Origin: an uncultured Fibrobacterales bacterium
GTDB lineage: Bacteria > Fibrobacterota > Fibrobacteria > Fibrobacterales > CAWVXU01
Direction of reading: 5' to 3'
NCBI GenBank assembly: GCA_963934255.1
Contig: CAWVXU010000030.1
Coordinates: 1 to 28,536 of the forward strand
DNA: 28,536 nt
The translations under genes were made by a program, and so were the position numbers. The notes below the pieces were generated by a model. That model saw only the letters and a list, made by a program, of their open reading frames with translations, ran no database searches and was not told the origin of the DNA. This document shows positions 18,429-26,442 of this stretch, in pieces. The number at the start of each line of letters is the position of its first letter. Positions within the stretch are counted from its first letter, which is position 1.

Positions 18429-19618
18429 AATCTGAAAATGTCTATGAAGAAATTTTAAATCACTGGGTTTCGAGTGAAGACCGTGTTTTAGATTATCAAG
18501 TTGCTTCATTAGACGATCCGATATTTGATAAATACCCCCATTTTGGTCAATTCCAAAACTGGCTCGAAAAAGGTTATCAGGGAACGATGAAGTTTCTTGA
18601 AAATCACTTAGATGTTCGTAATAATATTCGCCATCTAGAGAGTGGTGCACAAAGTGTGGTTGTGATTCTATTTGCATACCCAGTGGCTCTCAAGGGTGCT
18701 AATGATAATGGTGACAACGAAAACTCGCGTGTAAATATTTCATCTTATGCTAGATCAAAAGATTATCATCATGAGATGCGAGAAGCATTTTTACGATTGA
18801 GAGAAATTTGCTTAACAAGAATTGATGAACTAAATATTCCTAAAACTCCGAGTCAAAATTTAAATCAAAATTCTGATGAAAAATCTAATCCAGTGGAGGA
18901 TTTTCTATTTAGAAGCTTCAGTGATTCGGCTCCCGTATTTGAACGTGATTTAGCCACACTACTTGGCCTGGGCTGGTTAGGGAAAAATGCTTGTTTAATT
19001 AATAAACAATTTGGCTCAGGATTTTTTATTGGGGGATTTGTTTCAAACATTCCTTTTAATGAATATTTACTTCAGGACAAACCAGAATTCACAAATATAG
19101 AGTTACAAAGACCATGGGATATGGCGCAAGATTTTTGCGGCGGCTGTACTCAGTGCATTGATGCGTGTCCAACTTCTGCCATAGAATCACCCGGTGTTAT
19201 TAAAGCAAATCAATGTATTTCGTATTGGACGATTGAACATCAAGGCAAGCTTAATTCTACTCAGCGAAAGCAATCAGGAGATTGGGCCTTTGGTTGTGAT
19301 ATTTGTCAATCAGTCTGCCCTTGGAATCATAAATCAATTCAAAAACCGACTCAATTACAAGAAACTACGTCCAGTGAATCTAATTGGCCACAAAACCTTG
19401 AGTCTTGGCTTGGGCTTTTAAGAAAAGGCGGAGGCTTCAAATCGCAAATGAAAGAGACTCCTCTATACAGAGCGGGTCGCCGTAAATTATTGCGTAATAT
19501 GTTTGGAGTCGCTAGTTATCAGGGTCGTCTTGATCTATTAGACTTGTTAAAAGAGATTCGATTAGAAGAAGAGGGTGATTGGTCCTTAGAATTAGATGAA
19601 ATCATCAGCGAATTCTGA
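18425..19618 (+). CDS. queG: tRNA epoxyqueuosine reductase
   Basis: YARSKDYH, DSAPVFER, GLGWLGKN, CGGCTQCIDACPT, CISYWTIE, FGCDICQSVCPWN. Confidence 0.93.
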   Translation: MKSENVYEEILNHWVSSEDRVLDYQVASLDDPIFDKYPHFGQFQNWLEKGYQGTMKFLENHLDVRNNIRHLESGAQSVVVILFAYPVALKGANDNGDNENSRVNISSYARSKDYHHEMREAFLRLREICLTRIDELNIPKTPSQNLNQNSDEKSNPVEDFLFRSFSDSAPVFERDLATLLGLGWLGKNACLINKQFGSGFFIGGFVSNIPFNEYLLQDKPEFTNIELQRPWDMAQDFCGGCTQCIDACPTSAIESPGVIKANQCISYWTIEHQGKLNSTQRKQSGDWAFGCDICQSVCPWNHKSIQKPTQLQETTSSESNWPQNLESWLGLLRKGGGFKSQMKETPLYRAGRRKLLRNMFGVASYQGRLDLLDLLKEIRLEEEGDWSLELDEIISEF

Positions 19619-19710
19619 GAAGAGTAAGACAAATTTAATGGTATGAATTTATCGCCATAAACTTAACGTTTAATAAAGCTCTCTATTGAGTTGTTGTCTT
19701 CTGTATTAAC

Positions 19711-19743
19711 AAAAAAAGCACACCTCAATAGAGATGTGCTTTT
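19711..19743 (-). terminator. Intrinsic terminator, best on the minus strand and possibly bidirectional
   Basis: Minus strand reads AAAAGCACATCTC-TATT-GAGGTGTGCTTTTTTT; lies between convergent queG and the lipoprotein gene. Confidence 0.8.
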
Positions 19744-19789
19744 GAATTCAAATATTTATTTAAAGAAAAGCATCATATGATGTGAATCC

Positions 19790-20788
19790 TTAGAATGACA
19801 AGTATTTTTTGCCAGCACCATCAGGGTTTTTTACCAAAAGATGAGAGATTTTGAAGCTTGAATTGAATTTGAATGAGACTCTGGTCGAACAATCTTTTTC
19901 AGTATCAAAGCGAACACAACCTTTAGAAATTTTGGCAGTATTTGCGATTTCAGAACCATCTTGGCCTATAAGAGTAAAATGTTTTTTAGAAAGCTTAGTT
20001 GAATTACCTGAAGTATTCCAGAGTTGAACTGCACCCCTTAGAGATTTTTTGCTGTGACTGACTTCACCTTTGCGAAAAGCAATAACATATTGGTTAACAT
20101 CAATGCCAGGGGCTGGAGAGACACCATTTACATCTGGACCCCAGATTAGAAAGTTATTTAGGTTTTTCTTGCGAATTTTAACAAGTGCTTCTTTAATAGT
20201 GGCATCTGTTGGTAGGAGAACTTCTCCAGCAAGAAGGTAATACTCAGTTACCACAGGGTCGTCACTTCCATTTGCACGGCCTAGAGTAAGCTTAGAATAT
20301 GCAGCTTCTGCATCAGCTAGTGCTTTGTTGGCTTCTATAGTCTTGATAGATTGTTTCTTAGCAAACTCAACAGCAGAGCGAAGAAATTTTAACCCGGAAG
20401 TTTCCTGTTGGTAGTCATCCATGCCAAGCTTTTCATTACCGGCTTTAATCACAACCTCAACATACTCGCCCACAACCTCTTGTTTTTTGGCGCGATTGAG
20501 ATATTTAGGAATTTCTTCAAAATAAGTCAAAACAATGCCTTGAGTTACATCAGTTTTTGCTGCTTTTGCAAAAGAACGGATCAAAGTAAGAGAGTAGTTG
20601 TCGTAAAATTCGTCTGAAATTGCTCCAGAATCTATTCTAAGTTGTTTTTGGTACAACATCATTGCGTTTTTAAGTTGCCCTTTTTTGAGCTGTTCGTCGC
20701 CCATGCCTTCTCTTTTGGGCTTACAAGCTATCATAATTAGTGATACAGCGAGTAGACCTGGAAGTAAAATTGCTTTCAATTTCATCAT
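19790..20788 (-). CDS. Hypothetical lipoprotein
   Basis: Signal with LIMIAC lipobox; helical-looking N-half and beta-rich C-half with a Cys pair; GAGG upstream. Confidence 0.7.
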   Translation of the reverse strand: MMKLKAILLPGLLAVSLIMIACKPKREGMGDEQLKKGQLKNAMMLYQKQLRIDSGAISDEFYDNYSLTLIRSFAKAAKTDVTQGIVLTYFEEIPKYLNRAKKQEVVGEYVEVVIKAGNEKLGMDDYQQETSGLKFLRSAVEFAKKQSIKTIEANKALADAEAAYSKLTLGRANGSDDPVVTEYYLLAGEVLLPTDATIKEALVKIRKKNLNNFLIWGPDVNGVSPAPGIDVNQYVIAFRKGEVSHSKKSLRGAVQLWNTSGNSTKLSKKHFTLIGQDGSEIANTAKISKGCVRFDTEKDCSTRVSFKFNSSFKISHLLVKNPDGAGKKYLSF

Positions 20789-20835
20789 TGCCTCTGTCTT
20801 TTAAAAATTTATTTACGAAAGATAATATATTCAAT

Positions 20836-20864
20836 TTGAGATTTTTGAATAACTTTTTTACTTT
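20836..20864 (+). promoter_or_regulatory. Putative sigma70 promoter for the tRNA
   Basis: TTGAGA (20836-20841), 17-nt spacer, TACTTT (20859-20864), 11 nt before the tRNA. Confidence 0.5.
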
Positions 20865-20875
20865 TGTATCAAATG

Positions 20876-20949
20876 GGGCTTATAGCTCAGTTGGTTAGAG
20901 CAGTGGACTCATAATCCATTTGTCCCAGGTTCAAGTCCTGGTTGGCCCA
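20876..20949 (+). tRNA. tRNA with CAT anticodon, probably tRNA-Ile2 (lysidine); CCA not encoded
   Basis: Cloverleaf: acceptor GGGCTTA/TTGGCCC, D arm GCTC/GAGC, anticodon arm GTGGA-CTCATAA-TCCAT, T arm CCAGG-TTCAAGT-CCTGG. G1-C72 and absence of three G-C anticodon-stem pairs exclude fMet. Confidence 0.93.
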
Positions 20950-20952
20950 TTT

Positions 20953-20987
20953 AAAAAGGCTACCTCTTATTGAGGTAGCCTTTTTTT
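20953..20987 (+). terminator. Intrinsic terminator after the tRNA (can act bidirectionally)
   Basis: AAAAAGGCTACCTC-TTATT-GAGGTAGCCTTTTTTT. Confidence 0.9.
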
Positions 20988-20993
20988 GTTTGA

Positions 20994-21039
20994 TTTTTCC
21001 CAGTATAAATCTAAGCTTTTTCCTAGTATAAATCTAAGC
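20994..21039. repeat. 23-bp tandem duplication
   Basis: TTTTTCCCAGTATAAATCTAAGC (20994-21016) then TTTTTCCTAGTATAAATCTAAGC (21017-21039); one mismatch. Confidence 0.9.
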
Positions 21040-21136
21040 TAACTCAGCTTTACCCCATGTTAAATAGCGTTTGTTTCTCAAATCCACAAATTATCTGGAA
21101 TTTTTATAAAATAGAATTTTGACTAAATCTGCTAAA

Positions 21137-21559
21137 TTAATTGAAGTTATAAACTGCTAGTATGATGATAACCAGGCTGAGAAGAAATGAAATTTTGCCA
21201 AGTTTCTGTAATTTATTCAAAGCTTCAATATTCTGAGTTCTAACAACTTTTTTACCTAAGCGAGTCAAATAAATGACCAAAGCAAAGAGAATCACCACTA
21301 AAGTCAGCTTGGCGTGAAGCAATGGCATCTTAGCCATCGCAGCAAAATAACGATGAAGCATTCCAAGTCCTGTTATAATCAACAGACCAAACCCGATATG
21401 GCTCATTTTGCCTAGAGCGGGAATAATTTTTGAATGAACTTTTAATCTATCTTCGTCGCTGTCTTTTCTAGTGGCTAGTCCGATGAATAAATAAGCAAAA
21501 CTGACGCCTACGGCCATAGCTATCCCAATAAAGTGCAGGCTTAAAAATATCTCTCTCAT
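21137..21559 (-). CDS. Four-TM membrane protein (CopD/DUF2269-like)
   Basis: LHFIGIAMAVG, GFGLLIITG and HAKLTLV patterns; SD GGAG; divergent from the cox operon. Confidence 0.7.
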   Translation of the reverse strand: MREIFLSLHFIGIAMAVGVSFAYLFIGLATRKDSDEDRLKVHSKIIPALGKMSHIGFGLLIITGLGMLHRYFAAMAKMPLLHAKLTLVVILFALVIYLTRLGKKVVRTQNIEALNKLQKLGKISFLLSLVIIILAVYNFN

Positions 21560-21827
21560 AATTGCTCCATTTCGATGAATTCTTGATGGTTTGAATATAA
21601 TTTCTAAGCAAATAATAAGTGGGGTAAAGACAAGTTTAAAGGGTAAAAATCTTAATTTGGTATGTCATATGGACAAATCGTTGTTTATTTTGAGTAAATG
21701 ATGAAAAAAAGGTGAACAAATGGCAAAAAAAGACCGATTTCCTTTGATATTTTGAGTGTTTTCTCCTAAATTTCAAGGGGAATGGGAGACTTTAAGTCGC
21801 AATTCCATCAATGATTGGAGAATGTCC

Positions 21828-22781
21828 GTGAATTTTATGCCCGAAAATATTAGTACTTTCGGCCAGCAAATCGATGATTTGACTGTGTTGATCACCATAT
21901 TTGGTGTGATATGCTTGACCCTGGCTGAAGGCACATTGTTCATTTTTGCAATAATATACCGCAAGAAAGAAGGTGGAAAGGCTGCCTATATCCCTGGTAA
22001 AGCTTTTGCTCAGCTTAAATGGGTTCTTATGCCATTATTTCTGATTATCATATTGGACGAATGGGTCTCTATTGAAAATGCAGACCCTTGGCAAGAGATC
22101 AAAGTTGACCGACCTACTGAAGGTATTCAGATTGGGATTACAGCTCAACAATTTAATTGGGTTTTCCATTACCCAGGCAAAGATCAAATTTTGTGGAATG
22201 AGAATGACACTAAGAACCCAGATGTGCTTGTTATTCCTATCAACACAAACATACTATTTGACTTACAAGCAAGAGACGTGCTGCACTCTTTTTGGGTTCC
22301 TTCACTTCGCTTGAAACAAGACGCAATTCCAGGCCGAATTATCAAGGGATGGTTCAATGCAACCAAAGTAGGCGAGTATGATATTGCCTGTGCTGAGATT
22401 TGCGGAACAGGACATAGTCAAATGTCTGCAACTCTTAAGGTTGTTTCAAAAGCTGATTACGCAATTTTCCTAGAAGAGTCTTCTAAGAAAAAAGTAACTG
22501 GTGAAGACATTGTGAAGATGAAAGGCTGTACTGGCTGTCACAATGCAGTTGGACCCGCAAAAGTCGGACCGACTTGGGCTGGTATTAATGGCGCTAAAAA
22601 AATAATTATTCGCGATGGTAATGAAGTGGAAATCATATCTGATGAAAACTACATTCGCGAATCAATTCTAAAACCTAATGCCGCAAAGTCTGTTGGATAT
22701 GAAAATGCTGTAATGCCTGCTCAAAATCTAACTGACAAAGAACTTGATTTAATCGTCGATTACTTAAAATCGCTGAAATAA
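21828..22781 (+). CDS. coxB: Cytochrome c oxidase subunit II with fused cytochrome c (caa3 type)
   Basis: Two TMs; CuA ligands DVLHSF and CAEICGTGHSQM; heme c motif CTGCH with distal MP. GGAG at 21817-21820 favours GTG 21828 as start. Confidence 0.93.
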   Translation: MNFMPENISTFGQQIDDLTVLITIFGVICLTLAEGTLFIFAIIYRKKEGGKAAYIPGKAFAQLKWVLMPLFLIIILDEWVSIENADPWQEIKVDRPTEGIQIGITAQQFNWVFHYPGKDQILWNENDTKNPDVLVIPINTNILFDLQARDVLHSFWVPSLRLKQDAIPGRIIKGWFNATKVGEYDIACAEICGTGHSQMSATLKVVSKADYAIFLEESSKKKVTGEDIVKMKGCTGCHNAVGPAKVGPTWAGINGAKKIIIRDGNEVEIISDENYIRESILKPNAAKSVGYENAVMPAQNLTDKELDLIVDYLKSLK

Positions 22782-22793
22782 GGGGAAATTGAA

Positions 22794-24482
22794 ATGTCAC
22801 ACAATCAAAGCTTTGTGAGCAAGTACTTATTCTCGATGGATCACAAGACTATTGGGGTTCAGTACCTACTTGTTGGTTTGTTCATGTCTCTTATAGGAGG
22901 CGGACTGGCGTTTGCATTCCGGATGCAACTCGCGTTTCCAGGTGTCGATTTGCCACTTCTTGGTGAAGTAACGGCAGATAAGTACAATATTTATATCACT
23001 ATGCATGGCACGATTATGATTTTCTTCGTAGCTATGCCGATACTGTTAGCTGCTTTCGGTAACTTATTGATTCCACTGATGGTCGGCGCTGATGATATGG
23101 CTTTCCCAGTTCTTAACATGCTGTCTATTTGGACATTTGTTGCTTCTAGTATCATTCTTATTGTTTCTTTCTTTGTGCCTGGTGGTGCTTTTGCTGGAGG
23201 GTGGACAGCTTATCCACCACTCTCTGCTAATGCCTATCCTGAACAAATTGACTTCTTTGGAACGATGGGTGGCCACTTATGGCTCATTGCCATTGCAGTT
23301 GAATTTGTTGCATTCTTAATGGGTGGTATTAACTTTATCGTCACCACTTATAACATGCGTGTTAAAGGTCTTGATTGGTATAGACTTCCTGTGACAGTTT
23401 GGATGCTTTTAATTGCCTCACTTGTCTTTATGTTCTCTGTAGGACCGCTTATTGCAGGAGCATTTATGCTTTTATTTGATCGTACTATCGGGACTGGATT
23501 CTTTAACCCAGCTGCTGGTGGTGACCCGATCTTATTCCAACATTTGTTTTGGTTTTTCGGTCATCCAGAGGTTTATGTTGTGTTACTTCCTTCACTAGGG
23601 TTTATCGCTGAGGCTCTGACTACATTCTCCCGTAAGCCGCTATTTGCTTATAAAGCGATTGTGAAGTTCACCATATTTGCTGGTCTTCTTTCCTTTGTTG
23701 TTTGGGCTCATCACCAGTTCATCGCAGGGATTGATCCTCGCATGGCAAAATTCTTCTCCTTTACGACCATTGTTATTTCGATACCATTTGCATTTATCAT
23801 TTTTTCAATGATCGCTACCCTCTTTAAAGGTCAGATAAGTTTCAAGACACCTATGCTTTTTGCACTTGGTTTCTTAACAACTTTCCTTATCGGTGGTGTC
23901 ACGGGTATTTATCTAGGTGCTTCAACATTTGATATATATGCTCATGACACTTACTTTGTGATTGCTCACTTTCATTACGCTATGTTCCCACCGGTTATTT
24001 TTGGTGGTCTGGTAGCTATCTACTATTGGTATCCTAAGTTTACTGGTCGTATGATGAACGAGAAACTAGGAATAATTCACTTTATTGGAACATTCATCGG
24101 TTTTAATGGTGTGTTCTTCCCACTTTTCTTCTTGGGTATGGCCGGTCAACATCGCCGTATATTCAACTTCGAGAATTGGGAATCGCTTTCGACTCCGGGT
24201 CTGCAAAATATCCGTATTTTTGCGACAGTTTCTTTGATTGTTATGATTGTTTCCCAACTCCCTTTCGCTTGGAACTTTATACGTTCATTGAAAACGGGCA
24301 AGGTTGCTGGGAAAAATCCTTGGAATGCAAATTCGCTTGAGTGGACTGTACCATCACCTCCACCTCATGGAAACTTTGCTAAAATACCAACAGTTTATCG
24401 GGGGCCATACGAGTATTCAAATCCTGAAAATCCCGATCAAGATTACTGGCCTCAAGATGTCCCAGGAAAGGGAGATAAATAA
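22794..24482 (+). CDS. coxA: Heme-copper oxygen reductase subunit I, A1-like motif, atypical proton channels
   Basis: MHG, WTAYPPL, FGHPEVY, WAHH, HDTYFVIAHFHY and the RR pair are all present. Confidence 0.97.
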   Translation: MSHNQSFVSKYLFSMDHKTIGVQYLLVGLFMSLIGGGLAFAFRMQLAFPGVDLPLLGEVTADKYNIYITMHGTIMIFFVAMPILLAAFGNLLIPLMVGADDMAFPVLNMLSIWTFVASSIILIVSFFVPGGAFAGGWTAYPPLSANAYPEQIDFFGTMGGHLWLIAIAVEFVAFLMGGINFIVTTYNMRVKGLDWYRLPVTVWMLLIASLVFMFSVGPLIAGAFMLLFDRTIGTGFFNPAAGGDPILFQHLFWFFGHPEVYVVLLPSLGFIAEALTTFSRKPLFAYKAIVKFTIFAGLLSFVVWAHHQFIAGIDPRMAKFFSFTTIVISIPFAFIIFSMIATLFKGQISFKTPMLFALGFLTTFLIGGVTGIYLGASTFDIYAHDTYFVIAHFHYAMFPPVIFGGLVAIYYWYPKFTGRMMNEKLGIIHFIGTFIGFNGVFFPLFFLGMAGQHRRIFNFENWESLSTPGLQNIRIFATVSLIVMIVSQLPFAWNFIRSLKTGKVAGKNPWNANSLEWTVPSPPPHGNFAKIPTVYRGPYEYSNPENPDQDYWPQDVPGKGDK

Positions 24483-25063
24483 TGTCAAATGAACACGATT
24501 TAGGTCCTATCCCAAGAGAAATGGGTGGAATGCCATTGGGCCGCAGTGCTATGTGGTGGGTCATCGCTTCTGAGGTTGTCATTTTTGGCGCCCTAGTAGC
24601 CTGTTTCTTGCTTTACAAGTGGCGTCACCCCGAATGGAGTGAAATGGCGGCGATGACTTCAAGTACCCTTGGAGCTGTCAACACCACGATTCTTTTGACA
24701 TCGTCTTTCTTCGTAGTCATGGCCCATGACTACGCAACTCGTGGTGATCGTAAAAACGTAGCACTATTTATGGGTCTGACTATCCTATGTGGATTTGGTT
24801 TCCTCACAGTCAAATCAATAGAATATGCAACTGAAATTTCTCATGGTTTTACAATGTCTTCACATTTGTTTTGGTCATTTTATTTTTGTTTGACTGGTCT
24901 TCACGGACTTCACGTTATTGCAGGGATGATCGCTTTAGCTTGGGTAACTTTTGCTGCTGAGCGAGGTCAACAAATGCACCGTATTGAACTTGCTGGCTTG
25001 TACTGGCACTTTGTTGACTTAGTGTGGATCTTCTTGTTCCCTCTACTTTACATTGCGAAATAA
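24482..25063 (+). CDS. coxC: Cytochrome c oxidase subunit III (short form), copy 1
   Basis: IASEVVIFG, NTTILLTSS, LTGLHGLHV, GLYWHFVDLVW. Confidence 0.92.
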   Translation: MSNEHDLGPIPREMGGMPLGRSAMWWVIASEVVIFGALVACFLLYKWRHPEWSEMAAMTSSTLGAVNTTILLTSSFFVVMAHDYATRGDRKNVALFMGLTILCGFGFLTVKSIEYATEISHGFTMSSHLFWSFYFCLTGLHGLHVIAGMIALAWVTFAAERGQQMHRIELAGLYWHFVDLVWIFLFPLLYIAK

Positions 25064-25074
25064 GGAATTAATAT

Positions 25075-25491
25075 ATGTCAGATACCGAAAGACCAATTAA
25101 AAAAGTACCAAACTATCATGGGCACCCCCCGTACTTCTATATATTTGTTACGCTCATCGGGTTAATGATTGCCACAATCATACTTGGGTTTTGGGAACAC
25201 AACACATACGTGATATATGCGGTTTATGCCATTGCTGTTTTTAAAGCTTACCTTGTGATGTTCAAATTTATGCACCTATCTTGGGAGCCTAAGATGGTCT
25301 TTATTTGGATTGCAGGTGCTGTTTTTTCATTAGGTATTTTTATCGCAGGAACAGCGGTGGATTTTTTATCTCCGCGTGAACCAGTCAAAATCCTATGGAT
25401 GCAAGCTAATACACCATCAGGTTCTGAGCTGATTAGCCATCCTAAAGGTTGGGATGTTCCGCCTTCTAAAGAAAAAAAAGCCGATCACTAA
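25075..25491 (+). CDS. Cytochrome c oxidase subunit IV family protein
   Basis: Three TMs; KAYLVMFKFMHLSWE matches the KA..V...FMHL..E motif. Confidence 0.85.
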   Translation: MSDTERPIKKVPNYHGHPPYFYIFVTLIGLMIATIILGFWEHNTYVIYAVYAIAVFKAYLVMFKFMHLSWEPKMVFIWIAGAVFSLGIFIAGTAVDFLSPREPVKILWMQANTPSGSELISHPKGWDVPPSKEKKADH

Positions 25492-25538
25492 GATAGTCTA
25501 CCTATTTATTAAAACTTCTTTGAGGTTGTAATAAAATT

Positions 25539-25568
25539 AAAGTATTGCCTTGTCAAAGGCGGTACTTT
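25539..25568 (+). terminator. Intra-cluster hairpin (weak terminator or mRNA stabiliser)
   Basis: AAAGTATTGCCTT-GTCA-AAGGCGGTACTTT, 13-bp stem with two G-U pairs on the + strand; short U tail. Confidence 0.55.
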
Positions 25569-25639
25569 CTGAAACTATTAGTGGGCTTTATTGATAAGTT
25601 ATTTCATTAAATCAAGCAAACCTTTCTAAATTTAAAACC

Positions 25640-26212
25640 ATGAGAACTCCAAAAAACAGATTACAAAATGCCCAAATGGGAATGTTTTTCATCCTAGCCA
25701 CCGAGCTTATGATGTTTTTGGCATTAGTTTCAGCGTATATCGTCATTCGCGCAAATGTTCCAGACTGGCCACCTATTGGTCAACCAAGATTACCTGCTGG
25801 TGAAACAGCACTAAATACACTTGCACTCCTACTAAGTGGGTGGACGTTTTATAAAGCAATCAAAATTTCCAAAGGAGTCAAAGACACCTTTGAAACTGAT
25901 TTTACTGAAATTCAAAACTCAGTGGTTAAGTGGATTTGGATTAGTTTTGCTTTAGGCCTATTCTTTGTGGCATTTCAGGGCTATGAGTGGGTGAAGTTGG
26001 TCTCCTATGGTCTGACGATGGGTTCAGGTGTTTATGCAGGCTTCTTTTATACTATTATAGGCTGCCATGCTATTCATACTCTAGCTGGGCTAGTTTTATT
26101 GTTGATTCTCGGTTTGAAGCCGAGTTATATTAAGCTCCATACCATCAAGTGGTATTGGTATTTTGTGGTAGGATTATGGCCTCTCTTATACGTTTCTGTT
26201 TATTTAGTTTAA
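25640..26212 (+). CDS. Cytochrome c oxidase subunit III family protein, copy 2
   Basis: GMFFILATELMMF, NTLALLLSG, FQGYEW, FFYTIIGCHAIH, YWYFVVGLW. Confidence 0.88.
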   Translation: MRTPKNRLQNAQMGMFFILATELMMFLALVSAYIVIRANVPDWPPIGQPRLPAGETALNTLALLLSGWTFYKAIKISKGVKDTFETDFTEIQNSVVKWIWISFALGLFFVAFQGYEWVKLVSYGLTMGSGVYAGFFYTIIGCHAIHTLAGLVLLLILGLKPSYIKLHTIKWYWYFVVGLWPLLYVSVYLV

Positions 26213-26442
26213 TTTTAGCTTCTCAAGCTATGGCATGTTCGGTTTGTTTTGGTGGACAAAGCGAGCAGGTTCAAGATGCTTATATCTATATCACGATCTT
26301 ATTAAGTGTGGTACCTTTAATTGCTATTACGGTGTTCATTTTTTGGTGGCGCAAAAGAGCAAAAAAATTACAGCTATTGGAATCTCAAAACAATCAAAAC
26401 AATCAAAATAATTCAAATGATTCGGAGATAAAAGATGCCTGA
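26176..26442 (+). CDS. Small exported CxxC membrane protein of the cox cluster
   Basis: Signal-like N-terminus ending AMA, then CSVCFG, one TM and a basic stop-transfer (WWRKRAKK). AGGA precedes ATG 26176. Confidence 0.7.
   Translation: MASLIRFCLFSLILASQAMACSVCFGGQSEQVQDAYIYITILLSVVPLIAITVFIFWWRKRAKKLQLLESQNNQNNQNNSNDSEIKDA
26386..26412 (+). repeat. In-frame 9-bp tandem repeat (QNN x3)
   Basis: CAAAACAAT CAAAACAAT CAAAATAAT. Confidence 0.8.

Noticed and set aside
20994..21039. CRISPR array
   Set aside because: Only two directly adjacent copies, no spacer, and no cas genes.
21038..21065. dif site (ATGTTAAAT resembles the XerD arm)
   Set aside because: The XerC arm and the inner TAA/TTA symmetry are absent.
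21560..21827. FNR/CRP box upstream of the cox operon
   Set aside because: TTGAT half-sites occur, but none has ATCAA at 4-nt spacing.
22794..24482. Subunit I as a nitric oxide reductase, or a B- or C-family oxidase
   Set aside because: It retains the helix VI Tyr in GHPEVY, the D-channel Asp/Asn/Glu, a CuA subunit II and subunit III, all A-family traits. B and C families keep a K-analogue channel and lack the D channel.
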